A stretch of 64,000 nucleotides of DNA from an uncultured virus (IMG/VR IMGVR_UViG_3300024520_000058) (IMGVR_UViG_3300024520_000058), one strand, 5' to 3'; positions 45,972 to 56,540 are shown, numbered from the stretch's first letter. Made by a program: numbers and translations. The notes: generated by a model from the sequence alone, not told the origin.

Positions 45972-46963
45972 GAGCATACCCCCGGGTTACCCACCAGCTT
46001 ACGAGCCTCGTCGTAGGAAATATTAATGGGTTGCTCATCCCACCGATAGTCCATCCAGGGATTACCCTTCATAGCTTTGGGATGCTCTCCCAGAAACGGC
46101 GCTCTGTGATGCGGCTCATGGTTCAGGAAATAATCATGTGTTTCCAGTTTGAACTTCAGCACGTCACCCTGGCCAAATTCGTGACAGACTTTTATCTCAT
46201 TTTCGTTCTTCCATCTGCGGTCTATCATCTCGTATTGCCAGAGCAGCTTCTCCAGGATCCTCTGGATGTCACGGACCAAAGCATAGTGAAATGCAAATCC
46301 TTCGGTCTCAGCGTCAACGTGCTTACTGAGATACTTCCTGCCATCCCATTCCAGATCGTGTTCACGGCTATACCAACGCAGTGCTTTGTCATTATACCCA
46401 TCGTTCACTGCCCATTGCACCTCGAAACATGCTGGAAAGTAGAAAGCCCGCGCATGTGGCTTCCTGAATACCCGCTGATGTGCGGTGAAGAAGATGGTCT
46501 TTTCGTGGTACACGTCATGGTAGAAGACCCGCTCCGGAACGAACATATTGTCGTACTCTCCTTCATCAACCCAGCGGCGAATATTCTTACATAATTTCTT
46601 GGGATAGACTATATCTCCATCCACTACCCAGATATATTCTCCTACCTTCGCAGTATCCACAATCATCTGGTATGGTATGGATTCCGCTCCGTAGATGAAC
46701 CCGGCTGGACAGTGCCGTATCTTCTTATCCGGATCCGGGAAGTTACGAATGATCTCCGTGGTTCCATCCATGGAGAGTCCTGCCGGGGAAACTCGCTCAG
46801 GGAGAATCACTCTCCGCATCGACTCCAAACAATATTCGAATATGACTATCTCATCGGCATAGTCATAGATACTCTTCAGACTTGCCGCCATGAAATCCGC
46901 TTCGTTGAAAACCTTATAGTAAACTACTAACTTATTGCCCTTGCCCTTGTTTCTAAACCGCAT
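45968..46963 (-). CDS. glycosyltransferase, GT-A/GT2-like
   Basis: VFNEADFM..SLKSI..ADEIV, SMDGTTEII and the DxD motif WVVDGD. Confidence 0.85.
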   Translation of the reverse strand: MRFRNKGKGNKLVVYYKVFNEADFMAASLKSIYDYADEIVIFEYCLESMRRVILPERVSPAGLSMDGTTEIIRNFPDPDKKIRHCPAGFIYGAESIPYQMIVDTAKVGEYIWVVDGDIVYPKKLCKNIRRWVDEGEYDNMFVPERVFYHDVYHEKTIFFTAHQRVFRKPHARAFYFPACFEVQWAVNDGYNDKALRWYSREHDLEWDGRKYLSKHVDAETEGFAFHYALVRDIQRILEKLLWQYEMIDRRWKNENEIKVCHEFGQGDVLKFKLETHDYFLNHEPHHRAPFLGEHPKAMKGNPWMDYRWDEQPINISYDEARKLVGNPGVCS

Positions 46964-48767
46964 TGGTATTCTCCTTCGTGGAGCTGGAAGCTTTCAAAAG
47001 CTGATCTATTTGCCTCATTACCTGATCAGCTTTGATGCTCCACATACACATAGGCCACTTCTTGTCGTTGCCTCGACAACAGTGGAGCTGCCAGTCGTTA
47101 CACGCTACACACTTCGCTTTGCCCAGAATGTGGTGAACGGTTGGGTAATGTGCAATCCGCAGATCCGGATGCACTGACCCAAATAGACCCAGAGCCAGGT
47201 TGTTGGTAACACCTGCTATGTGTAATCCACCACTGTCAGGACAGAGCAGAATATTTGCAGCTCCTATCATCCCAACGTATTCCTGGAAGGAAAGTTTCCC
47301 TGTTAGGTTCACCACACTGGCAGGATACTTGAACTCCTGGTCAGATACTGCCACAACGCTATAGCCACGTTTCCTGGCTATCCCAACGAACTCTTTCTGA
47401 CGAGCCATAGGCCACATCCTGGAAGCGCCTTTGGAGTCTGACTGCATCACGATTACTCTCCCATTTCCTGGAACACCATTCTGCTCCAGGATGGCATGGG
47501 CAACCTCCGTCCAGGATTCTGGTATCTGGAACTGCCAATCAGTGCTATAATCTACCTGGTCCAGACCAATCGCCCTGGCAAACAGCAGAGCCCTGGGAAC
47601 CTCGCTTGTCTCCGTTCCAAAATCGATGGCGTTTATGGTATTGTAAATCGTGTGATAGTTCGTATAATCGTGACCACCAGGCGGAAGCGGCAGTCCAGCT
47701 GTACCGTGTTCATAATCCATCGTCAACACGTGGTCAACCACTCCTGACAATCTGACCAATTCCCCAACACCCGGCGAGGTCATATACACAATCACCATGT
47801 TGGGATACATCTTCTTCAGAGTTGCCAGCGCCGGTAGGCTGCTTAGCACATCACCAACTCCGCGGAAGCGTATGAACAATGCCCAAAGTTCCTCACTTTC
47901 CTCTTTCTTCCCAAAGGCTACCGGTATTGTCTTCCTGGGAAGAAGAAGGTGTTTATCCAGCTCCCTCAAAGCACTTCGAAGTGAGATGCCCAGGATGCCG
48001 CGACGTAACGTAAAGTTATCGCTCTCCAGGACGGTCGCTGTTGGATAGTTCTCATACAGGTCACTGAACAGAGAGAAACACATCACAGTGGTCTCAGTGC
48101 CCAGAGCTGCGGAGATATGAGATAATCCTGTATCAGGCCCAAACACAACGTCCATCATGGCTAATCCCTGCATCACATCTCGTAGGGGCCTGTCCAGAAA
48201 GAAATGCGCCCCTGGTGGTATGGAAGCCGCTGTAGCTCCAGAAATCCCCTTCGCAAATACAAACACATCGAACTCTTTCCGCTTTATGAGAGTTCGTATG
48301 AAGCCTATAGTATACGCCCAATCCTTTGCCCTTTGTTTTGACCTCAGTATCACACCAACGCATGGTCTGTTAAACCATTTCCGCATCTTACGAACTTCAT
48401 TCCACTCCGGAGCTGTGAGATAAAGCTTCGGGTAATCCATGACTCTAGGGAACCCGGCGGCCTCCCACATACGAAGGTTCTTCCCGGGAAGAAATCTTTC
48501 TCCACCCTCGTCTTTTTCGGTAGATGCTATGGCTTCGTTGATGTTAATAATCTTTGTATCTTCCGGTATCTGCTCCAGGCTGGTCATCCCCTGTACTATG
48601 GGGTGCCCTTCGAAGAGCTCCGGATGATTTGATAAGATGTAGCTCTTATCTTTCACCGCTGACATCCTGGCTATTGGCTCTAACAATACGTTATCTCCTA
48701 ACCATAGGAGATTAGGATACGCCAAAGCCGGAATGCGTATAGTTGATCCTATCAAACTTTCAGACAC
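46953..48767 (-). CDS. tandem double GT9 (heptosyltransferase-like) glycosyltransferase
   Basis: Two GT9 modules: LGDNVL...GPDTGLSHISAALG and RGVGDVL...CPDSGGLHIAG..GLFG..P..R. GTG start at 48767 with GGAGG SD. Confidence 0.88.
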   Translation of the reverse strand: MSESLIGSTIRIPALAYPNLLWLGDNVLLEPIARMSAVKDKSYILSNHPELFEGHPIVQGMTSLEQIPEDTKIININEAIASTEKDEGGERFLPGKNLRMWEAAGFPRVMDYPKLYLTAPEWNEVRKMRKWFNRPCVGVILRSKQRAKDWAYTIGFIRTLIKRKEFDVFVFAKGISGATAASIPPGAHFFLDRPLRDVMQGLAMMDVVFGPDTGLSHISAALGTETTVMCFSLFSDLYENYPTATVLESDNFTLRRGILGISLRSALRELDKHLLLPRKTIPVAFGKKEESEELWALFIRFRGVGDVLSSLPALATLKKMYPNMVIVYMTSPGVGELVRLSGVVDHVLTMDYEHGTAGLPLPPGGHDYTNYHTIYNTINAIDFGTETSEVPRALLFARAIGLDQVDYSTDWQFQIPESWTEVAHAILEQNGVPGNGRVIVMQSDSKGASRMWPMARQKEFVGIARKRGYSVVAVSDQEFKYPASVVNLTGKLSFQEYVGMIGAANILLCPDSGGLHIAGVTNNLALGLFGSVHPDLRIAHYPTVHHILGKAKCVACNDWQLHCCRGNDKKWPMCMWSIKADQVMRQIDQLLKASSSTKENTNAV

Positions 48768-48790
48768 AGCATTTGCCTCCTGTGTATAGA

Positions 48791-48816
48791 AGTGAGGGGA
48801 GACAGCTCCCCTCACT
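48791..48816 (-). terminator. hairpin after the capsid/decoration genes
   Basis: AGTGAGGGGAG-CTGT-CTCCCCTCACT, a perfect 11-bp stem. Confidence 0.65.
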
Positions 48817-48834
48817 GGTTTTGTATGCCCTGTG

Positions 48835-49326
48835 TTAGACCGGGCAGTTGATGAAAAAGCTGCCAATGGCAATAGCGGTACCTACGTCCACTATCCTGGA
48901 TGTTCCCACTGGTACCCTCTGGCCACTTGCCCAGAGAATTATGGTCCCATCGCCAGTTGAAAGGACACAAACTCCGTCCCTGGTGACAGAGCCATCACTG
49001 GTTATGGCAATCTTATTCAGACCCTTGGAGTGTGCAAAGCCAAACTCGCCATCGGCAAGAGTAGCCTGCAACTGACCCACAGGTTTATTTACCAACACAT
49101 CCGTGTCGTCCAGGTCAGCTGTAGCTTCCCACGGTTCCTTGGTAGGATCCGCTAAAGCTACGAACAGACCTGCAGTTCCGGCCACTGAGCCTGCGCCCTC
49201 GTAATACTTGATGTAGACAAACTCGTTTCCCATCTCGTCGAAATACTTCTGGCCGGGACGGAATCGTCTCGCATCAGTATACACGCCGTTGACTATGGCT
49301 CCAGTTACATACGGTGCAGCTCCCAT
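48835..49326 (-). CDS. capsid decoration/cement protein
   Basis: Directly after the MCP. GNEFVYIK and DGEFGFAHSKG pattern. AAGGAGG SD. Confidence 0.65.
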   Translation of the reverse strand: MGAAPYVTGAIVNGVYTDARRFRPGQKYFDEMGNEFVYIKYYEGAGSVAGTAGLFVALADPTKEPWEATADLDDTDVLVNKPVGQLQATLADGEFGFAHSKGLNKIAITSDGSVTRDGVCVLSTGDGTIILWASGQRVPVGTSRIVDVGTAIAIGSFFINCPV

Positions 49327-49366
49327 GAGGTAAGTCCTCCTTCCAGCTAATCAGAGAAAATCCTGA

Positions 49367-50518
49367 TCAACTATTGGTGTAACCAAACATGCCACCAAGT
49401 CCACGTCTGTCTGGAGAGACCAGTTGGACTATGTGGTACATGGCAGTCGCCTGCATGTTAGTACCGGAGATATGCTCCCAAGGATATATACCAGTTCCGC
49501 TTGCCGGGTCAAAGCGCTGGTCAGCCATGAGGAACATGCAGTTGGGATCCCACGCGAACATGGATGACGGATGCACCCACGTCATCATGGGCTCTTTATA
49601 GAATTCCGCATTGAAGTCATCCAGCGTGATCCGGGGTTTTACACCCAGGTCTGCCAGAGGTGACCCAATGTCGCGTTGAGTCATGCCCAAAACGATTGCC
49701 CTAAGCTGTCTGAAGAAACCAGCCGGGCAAGCGCAATACATACCATAATGCCAGCCGAGCTGGATCTGGTCGAAGAACTCGGCCAGGTCATCGGTATCAA
49801 ACGCTTGGGCATTGGTGATACTGGTCACAGTGTCGATGTTCGCGCCGGATGCGGAACGGTTCACAGTGGCCAGAGCGTTATCCTGTGTCGTTGGATGCCA
49901 CCAATAGTTCGTGGTGCTGGTAACAGGAATGTTTCCCAGGGTGTGACCGGTAGCAGAAGGCTGCCGGATAATCTGGGGGATGCTGAGCATTCGGAGTGAA
50001 TGGTCAGTGACGTTGTTCAGATACAACTCTTCAGGAGGAACTGGAGCTGACGAAAGCGCGGCGCTGATGTCAACGCGTTGCCCTGTCAGAGACTCATTCC
50101 AACGACTGAAGAGACTGTAAGCAAATGCATCGGTATACCCCTGATGCATACTATCAACCATTATGTTGATAAAGTTAAGACGCGCAGAAGGGCTATCATA
50201 GAGAGCCATCCGCACGTCGTTAGTACCAGCAGAGTTGTACATCAGGGCAGGGGTATACTGCATCCTGGTGATATTATCTATGCTGGGCGCAGCAAATTCC
50301 TGCGCTTCGTTCGCCAATGACGGACTGAAATGTTTGTAGATCACATTCCAGCCAAACGTCATATCAGGCCCAAGCCTGTCTCGCTTCATGTATCTGAGAA
50401 GCAGACGCAAAGTGGGCGTGGCGAACTTATGTGGATATATCAACTGACGATACACCAGCTCTATGGCCAGTGACAGTTGAGTATTCCACGTGGCGCTCGT
50501 CCTTGTTGGAAGTGCCAA
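49367..50518 (-). CDS. major capsid protein
   Basis: 383 aa, in the canonical portal-scaffold-MCP position, followed by a decoration gene and terminator. Terminal QLVSPDRR motif. Confidence 0.7.
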   Translation of the reverse strand: MALPTRTSATWNTQLSLAIELVYRQLIYPHKFATPTLRLLLRYMKRDRLGPDMTFGWNVIYKHFSPSLANEAQEFAAPSIDNITRMQYTPALMYNSAGTNDVRMALYDSPSARLNFINIMVDSMHQGYTDAFAYSLFSRWNESLTGQRVDISAALSSAPVPPEELYLNNVTDHSLRMLSIPQIIRQPSATGHTLGNIPVTSTTNYWWHPTTQDNALATVNRSASGANIDTVTSITNAQAFDTDDLAEFFDQIQLGWHYGMYCACPAGFFRQLRAIVLGMTQRDIGSPLADLGVKPRITLDDFNAEFYKEPMMTWVHPSSMFAWDPNCMFLMADQRFDPASGTGIYPWEHISGTNMQATAMYHIVQLVSPDRRGLGGMFGYTNS

Positions 50519-50558
50519 TTTGTCTCACCTTTCCCCGACGATTCGGAGGGCAAGACAG

Positions 50559-51902
50559 TTAGTACGCTGGAGGTGCTTGGACCCCTGCAGCTGTTTGAAG
50601 CCGGTTCTGCGTCGTAGCTATTTCCTGTGCCTTGAGATTAGCTAGTCTATTCATCTGCTCAATCTTCACAGGGTCATAAACTTCACGGTTGGGCTCTGCT
50701 AGATCTCCCAATTCCGCGTAGGAACCTGTCATAAGCATCTCCCGCGCGTCCTGTTGCTGCCGAGCTGTGTTAGCCTCACCAGCAGCACTGACCGCGTCGT
50801 TTATAGCTGACGAAAAGAACATATTAGCCTGTGCTAATTTGGTCTGTGCAAGATTATGTGCATCGGCTTGAGTCTGAGGATCCTGATACTGAGCGTTCAT
50901 GAGTCTACTCGCTTCCTCATTGTTCGCCAAGCTCAGATAGAACTTGTCCAGGAGATCTCTACTTCTCTCCGGAGAGATGCCATACTTGCTTTGCATCTCA
51001 TTGTTGAGCTGCACTCTTGCGCTACTGAACTGGTTTCTCACACCGTCTTGCTGATGTTGCGCGGCGAATCGCCGGCCAACTGAGTTTTCTACCATGCCCG
51101 GAAGAGCACCTTGAAGCGTAGACATAAACGCGGTGTTCTTCTGGTCCATGAGTGTTGAAATCACATCGACAATTTGGCGTGGGTCAGTTACAGCCGGACC
51201 ACCAGGCGCTGAAGGTGGCTGCCCCGTTCCAGTGCCTGGCGCTGCATTGTATGCAGCAGCCTGACCTGGTGGAACAGTTCCATACGGATTCGGTTGAGTG
51301 GGTTTGGGCTCTACACCATAGCCCATCAGCCAGTCGTCTGCAGCCTCACCTGGTGGCATACCGCCAACGCCAGGTTGCTGTCCGGCGGGTGGCATGTTCT
51401 GGTAAGACTGGCCAGGTGGCTGACCTGGTGGACCTGGTGGGGTAGCTGCAGGTGTTCCGATGCCATAGCCCTGCATATAGCTTGCTAAACGATCTCTTTC
51501 CTTCAGCTCACGGAGCTCAGTCTCTGCAGTTTGACGTGCAGTTTGCTCCCGCTGAAGCTCGTTTTGCTGTCTATGAAGCTGACTTTGGATCTGGTCAAAC
51601 TGCCTAACCCTGGCAAAACCCTCTCTCAACTGTATCCCGTTTAGACGCGAATCTGGATCGTTAGGATCCAACTGGTAAAAGTCCGTGGGCTGAATGACCC
51701 CCGGCGGCGCGGGAACTGGCTCAGGTGGTGTTGATACCCCAGGTCCACTACCAACCCCAGCTCCAGCACCGGGAGTTCCGGCGTTAAGCGGATTGGCTGC
51801 AGATCCTGGCGCACCAGCGCCCTGTACAGCTCCAGCATTTGATGACTGTGGAATCTCTCCTGCCAACAGCAATGGCAGGATTTTGTGCAACCATAAATAC
51901 AT
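50559..51902 (-). CDS. capsid scaffolding protein
   Basis: Pro/Gly/Gln-rich with coiled coil, between portal and MCP. AAAGGAG SD before ATG 51902. Confidence 0.7.
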   Translation of the reverse strand: MYLWLHKILPLLLAGEIPQSSNAGAVQGAGAPGSAANPLNAGTPGAGAGVGSGPGVSTPPEPVPAPPGVIQPTDFYQLDPNDPDSRLNGIQLREGFARVRQFDQIQSQLHRQQNELQREQTARQTAETELRELKERDRLASYMQGYGIGTPAATPPGPPGQPPGQSYQNMPPAGQQPGVGGMPPGEAADDWLMGYGVEPKPTQPNPYGTVPPGQAAAYNAAPGTGTGQPPSAPGGPAVTDPRQIVDVISTLMDQKNTAFMSTLQGALPGMVENSVGRRFAAQHQQDGVRNQFSSARVQLNNEMQSKYGISPERSRDLLDKFYLSLANNEEASRLMNAQYQDPQTQADAHNLAQTKLAQANMFFSSAINDAVSAAGEANTARQQQDAREMLMTGSYAELGDLAEPNREVYDPVKIEQMNRLANLKAQEIATTQNRLQTAAGVQAPPAY

Positions 51903-51953
51903 TAGTTGCTCCTTTCTCGTAGTGCCCACTCCACTGCAGACACTACCTAAATA

Positions 51954-54011
51954 TTAAGTGAGTCCCAGGCTCTCAGGTGTAGCATCCATTGCCTGTAACA
52001 ATGAGGCGAAACCTTCTTCGTCTATCTCAGTTCCACCACCTGCTGGCGGCAATGCCTGCTGCTGACCCTGCCCCTGGCCCAACTGACCTTGGAGCTGGTT
52101 CATCATACCCTGAGCGCCTACTCCCTGTAGACCTTGAGACATTTGCTCAAGGCGCATAAGCTCTGCCTGGAGTTCTTGTTCATACTGGGCCGCCCACGGA
52201 AAGTTATAGAGCGACCGCAGATATATCATGTAGATCCTGACTACCCGCGGGTCTCCCGATAACATAGCTTTCTCCGTGAGCTGCATAACAAAAGCCTCTC
52301 GTTGTTCCTTCTCCAGGTCATATACCGGCGTTGTTGCACCGGCTACGACCTGCCTCTGAAACTGAGCTGCTGCATGTTCTCCAGTCCACTCCAACCAGAA
52401 TTGTCTCCCGCGTCGTGACGTGGCCATGTAATGCCCTGGCTGCATCTTCTGCTGAATCACTCCATCCATGAAGGTAGATATGTCAACAAGAGCGTCATCC
52501 AGTTCACTCACGTAGCGCCACAACGGACCAAAGGCAGCTTCTTGCAATGTGCCAATCGTCGCTGCAGGAGTGTGTGATGTTCCCCCTGCTTGAGGGAACA
52601 AACCGACTAACCCAGGGCGTACACCACCGATCTGCTTGATGGCTGCTTCATCCTGAGCCACCATATTGAACAGATCTGCAGGTACACCTGATGGGAATAT
52701 ATGCTTTATAGCTTGATCGATAGACCTCGCTCCCCCCTGGACTTTATACAACTGCCCCGGGACGTTCTTTATCTGAGCAGGATCCATGTCAAGTAAATCT
52801 TCGTTATATGCGATGGCAGGATTGGAAAGTGTTCTTCCTATGATTGCGATGTTTCTTCGAATAGCATTGTAGTTGAATTGGATGCTAGTCATCCACTCCA
52901 CCATGCTCTGGCACTCGTAGAAGGTTCGATTGCCACGTTCATCTGCAGTGCGTTTCCACCACAGGAATATGAATGGGTGCCGTTTGGGACCGACCTCGAC
53001 TACCCTGGTGCTCTGCCCACCCATGTCATTCTGAACCTGGATCCGTCGCCTGCTGGTCAACGGGTTGGGCTTGATATCCAGTATGGTGTTGTCACACATG
53101 GTGGCCACCAGGCCATATTTATATTCGGTTGCCTGTAGTTCTTTACCTGTAACCAGGTCATTTGCATACAGGGTGTGCGGAAAGATCCATGCTTCATACA
53201 CATCTTTCTTGGCACCTTCCAGGGGATCCACTGGTACATCTGCGGAAGATAGGCTGAGGGATGATGGCATAGGATAATTCATTGCCGATGGAATCCGGGG
53301 GCCTGACAGTGGTTTCGTGAGCTCAATGTTAGACATCCCCATCATATCTTTGGCGTAATTCCAGTTAGCCTGACGGCCTCGCGATCCTCCAATTCCGAAC
53401 AGCATGGCAGCTTTCTTCCCAAACTTGGCTACCAATTCCTCCGGGAGCTTCCGCACGTGGTGGATAATGAACCGTGGGTCTATACCTCGCTGACAGTTAC
53501 TCGCGTATGGATCCACGAATAGTGCGCCTTCAGGGATGGTAAGAAGACGTATGACACCTTTTCTTCCCGGGTAAGTAACGAACGGGTCCCAGATAGCTTT
53601 CATATTTGACAAACCTGTGAGCTGAGCGTCTTCCATGTATGAGCGGAAAATAGATTGACCGTTGCATTCTGTCCATTGCCAATGCCACATGCCATCCAGG
53701 TCGTCGCCAAGTTCTATGTGCTGGGGAAGATACGGCTTTCGCCGGATCACCGGGTTGTTCTTCAGCAACACTGATCCCAGCTCATCCACCGTCTCACCGA
53801 TGATATTTCTACGGGAAGTGGCATTCTGCTCATCGATGCCCATATCATCCTGCCCCATCATGGGGGCCAGAAACCGGTTGCCTTTGTACCAGGAGCGCAT
53901 ATCCTTAGCGTTCTCCAGGTATCTAATCCTGGATGGATTCCGTCTACACAGGTCCAGCATCCAGTTGATTAGCTGCGGGGTTACCCACTTGGGCCATGCC
54001 TGCTCTGCCAT
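51954..54011 (-). CDS. portal protein (P22-like)
   Basis: 685 aa after TerL. NIIGETVD, FVDPYA and HPFI..W motifs, Gln-rich C-terminal barrel. Confidence 0.8.
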   Translation of the reverse strand: MAEQAWPKWVTPQLINWMLDLCRRNPSRIRYLENAKDMRSWYKGNRFLAPMMGQDDMGIDEQNATSRRNIIGETVDELGSVLLKNNPVIRRKPYLPQHIELGDDLDGMWHWQWTECNGQSIFRSYMEDAQLTGLSNMKAIWDPFVTYPGRKGVIRLLTIPEGALFVDPYASNCQRGIDPRFIIHHVRKLPEELVAKFGKKAAMLFGIGGSRGRQANWNYAKDMMGMSNIELTKPLSGPRIPSAMNYPMPSSLSLSSADVPVDPLEGAKKDVYEAWIFPHTLYANDLVTGKELQATEYKYGLVATMCDNTILDIKPNPLTSRRRIQVQNDMGGQSTRVVEVGPKRHPFIFLWWKRTADERGNRTFYECQSMVEWMTSIQFNYNAIRRNIAIIGRTLSNPAIAYNEDLLDMDPAQIKNVPGQLYKVQGGARSIDQAIKHIFPSGVPADLFNMVAQDEAAIKQIGGVRPGLVGLFPQAGGTSHTPAATIGTLQEAAFGPLWRYVSELDDALVDISTFMDGVIQQKMQPGHYMATSRRGRQFWLEWTGEHAAAQFQRQVVAGATTPVYDLEKEQREAFVMQLTEKAMLSGDPRVVRIYMIYLRSLYNFPWAAQYEQELQAELMRLEQMSQGLQGVGAQGMMNQLQGQLGQGQGQQQALPPAGGGTEIDEEGFASLLQAMDATPESLGLT

Positions 54012-54456
54012 TTGGTACTCCTTCGGCTACGCGAACTCTGCCGACTAATTGAGAAAAGTGAAGGTGCCCATAACGAATACACTCTGAGAGCAAAAGCTGT
54101 AACTTCTGATTCACCACAGTCTGTGCCCAATTCCCCTTCATGTCAAGCTCTCCCCCGGGACCAAAGATCCTCACCATCATGTCACGTAGCTGGTCGATGA
54201 TGAACTTGTCCTTCAGGGTGATGGTCAGCAAGGGAATTGGTTCTTTCACAATCTGTTCAAACATAGCCAGTGACTTGAGCCTGGCTTCCTGACTCTGCGT
54301 TGCACGTGACATTTGCGAGATCTGCTGTGCCTGCCTACCGTTTGCCTCCTTCAGCCGTTCGTTTTCCAGCAGGACAGAGTTCAACGCCTGGCTGGGGTCC
54401 ACTACATGCTGTACCACATTTCTCTGCATCTGTTGATGCTTTAGATTACCACCCAT
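53944..54456 (-). CDS. hypothetical coiled-coil protein
   Basis: AGGAG SD; lies between TerL and portal. Confidence 0.7.
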   Translation of the reverse strand: MGGNLKHQQMQRNVVQHVVDPSQALNSVLLENERLKEANGRQAQQISQMSRATQSQEARLKSLAMFEQIVKEPIPLLTITLKDKFIIDQLRDMMVRIFGPGGELDMKGNWAQTVVNQKLQLLLSECIRYGHLHFSQLVGRVRVAEGVPNGRAGMAQVGNPAANQLDAGPV

Positions 54457-54465
54457 AGATTTCTC

Positions 54466-56301
54466 CTAAAACACAAGCTCTTTCTGCTTGGTTGGTTGAG
54501 TTCTGATGAGCTGCTCGATGAACTTCTGACGAAGTACCGGCGCCGGTAAACCATTTATGTCTCTGCCCACTTTCCAGAGACTGTCTGCCTCACGCTTTTC
54601 TTCTACCTCATCCGGACGTCCCTGGCCACTCTCCAATAAGTCCATCACCTGGTGGCCAATCCCCAGAGCAAACAGCCTGTCGTCCGGATGACCCTGGAGC
54701 TTCCCGTTCTTGTCCTGGACAAATCCCAGCGCTTCATTTATGCAACCCAGATCAGGTACCGATAACAGTAAATCACTTACAAGTGTCCTATGTGCCTCTA
54801 CGATTGCCCGTCGCATTCCACCGATCACATACGTTCGGGTACCCACGTGGGTGTCCCAACCTGGCGCTGACTGAAACCGCAAACCCAATGCCAGGTCATT
54901 GGTTGATGGTCGATGGAAGATTCTACCTATGGGGTACTTCTCAATCCCCAGCTCTTTGTATCCCCGGATGAGGTACGTTTGTGCCTGTGCTCCATAGTTA
55001 CGTATTTCAATCGCCATCCACGCAGGTTTGTAGTTGGGCTCCCCTTCATGGTAGAAGTGCCCAAGAAGCCATAGCTCCCGCGCGAGCTGCTCTTCAGAGA
55101 GGTGTCCGTGGATACTTGCCACTATCCGACGAGTATCTTTCCGGAACACGTATGCAGCAGTATAGTCTCCACCTGGTTTTCCCTCTGCTACATCCACTGC
55201 TATCACATACCCAGGACTTTGCTGGAGATGCTTCTTGGGAACAGGTAGCTCCCATATCTTCAGCATGTAATCTCCCTCTGGCAAATCAGGGAAATATCCC
55301 AGCTCATCAGTACTGTCCACAAACTTGACCATGGACCCAAGAGGTTCCTGGGGGTCGTGGATAAGAACACCTAACTTGGGGGTGGATACCTCCAGATGGT
55401 CCATGAGATGGGTACGCAGCTTTAGAAGTATGTCTCGGTCGAAGCAGCTTCTTCCGGTGAAAACCATGAAGAGCCCGGTCTCCCGGATGCGTATCTCCAT
55501 AGCTCCCATACCTGCCATCATGTCCAGCGCCTGCTGCACGTTCATATACTTTGCGTTTTCTCTCATGTTCACGTAATAGATCCACAGCTCTGGCCTGGAG
55601 CTCTGGTCCCTCTGCCAAGGTTCCACCAGGTCTTTGTGCATCCAGAGTACGTCTCTTGCAAGTAGTGGGCTATCAGCATCCACAACTGGTGTCAAACAGA
55701 TCCACATATAGCCTCCAGACCTGGTGAATCTCATTTTGATTTCGTTGTAGATGGAGCGAGGATGTGGCTCATCCATGAACACGAAGTTCTTCTTTGAACC
55801 CTTGTAGGCGTTGACACCCTGGGTGACCCACTTGCAGTTCCACCAGGAGGGATATCTGTCATCGATGCCTTTGAACATGGCGCGATGCATGATGCCTTCC
55901 CGTATGTCATAGTTTTTCACGTAGGGTCCCATTACGCGGTCGAAGATAGGACGAATATTATCACGCTGTACGTCCTGCGAATAACAGGACATCCAGCCTT
56001 CAATCCCCGTTGTAGGTATGCGAAGGTCCATGTAGGGATGAATTGTCTTGCCAGTAAGATTGCCGTCTTCGTCTTCTTCAGCAACGGTATGCCATCCGGC
56101 TCGCACCATTCCGCAGTAGCTCTTGCCAGATCCGTTGCCCCCAGCGAAGATTATCTCATGGTGGTCAATATCCTCAAAGAATGGAACTTGACCACCCTCA
56201 TTTGGCGTGAAGGTGTCAAGAATGGTAGACTCTTCCACACTTTCGAAGATCGCCGCCAGTTCGCGCTGTTCTTCCTCTGTGGTAAACAGATTCGCTTCCA
56301 T
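54466..56301 (-). CDS. terL: terminase large subunit
   Basis: Walker A AGGNGSGKS, Walker B FVFMDEP, coupling motif LTP, nuclease motifs IAVDVAEG..GDY and HPDDRLFA. Confidence 0.93.
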   Translation of the reverse strand: MEANLFTTEEEQRELAAIFESVEESTILDTFTPNEGGQVPFFEDIDHHEIIFAGGNGSGKSYCGMVRAGWHTVAEEDEDGNLTGKTIHPYMDLRIPTTGIEGWMSCYSQDVQRDNIRPIFDRVMGPYVKNYDIREGIMHRAMFKGIDDRYPSWWNCKWVTQGVNAYKGSKKNFVFMDEPHPRSIYNEIKMRFTRSGGYMWICLTPVVDADSPLLARDVLWMHKDLVEPWQRDQSSRPELWIYYVNMRENAKYMNVQQALDMMAGMGAMEIRIRETGLFMVFTGRSCFDRDILLKLRTHLMDHLEVSTPKLGVLIHDPQEPLGSMVKFVDSTDELGYFPDLPEGDYMLKIWELPVPKKHLQQSPGYVIAVDVAEGKPGGDYTAAYVFRKDTRRIVASIHGHLSEEQLARELWLLGHFYHEGEPNYKPAWMAIEIRNYGAQAQTYLIRGYKELGIEKYPIGRIFHRPSTNDLALGLRFQSAPGWDTHVGTRTYVIGGMRRAIVEAHRTLVSDLLLSVPDLGCINEALGFVQDKNGKLQGHPDDRLFALGIGHQVMDLLESGQGRPDEVEEKREADSLWKVGRDINGLPAPVLRQKFIEQLIRTQPTKQKELVF

Positions 56302-56346
56302 GATAACGGTATCCTACCTATGATTTTTTAAGGGCCCTTCAAAGCA

Positions 56347-56375
56347 AGGTTACCATATCTGACAGAGATTGTCAA
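56347..56375 (-). promoter_or_regulatory. sigma70-type promoter for the late operon with an overlapping palindrome
   Basis: TTGACA-17 nt-TAACCT with extended TG. TGACA-N5-TGTCA inverted repeat over the -35. Confidence 0.7.
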
Positions 56376-56540
56376 GCCGAAATCCGGTTTTTTTTGGGTT
56401 GGGAGGTTTCACAGAATCCATGAGGTGTCACATGCAGGTAGGTAGGATGCCAAAGTAACACCTCGAATGGATTCTGTAGTGAGGGGAGGGATCGGACGCC
56501 GCTTAAATCGCAAAATGCTCTGGTCGAATATGCGGAATGT

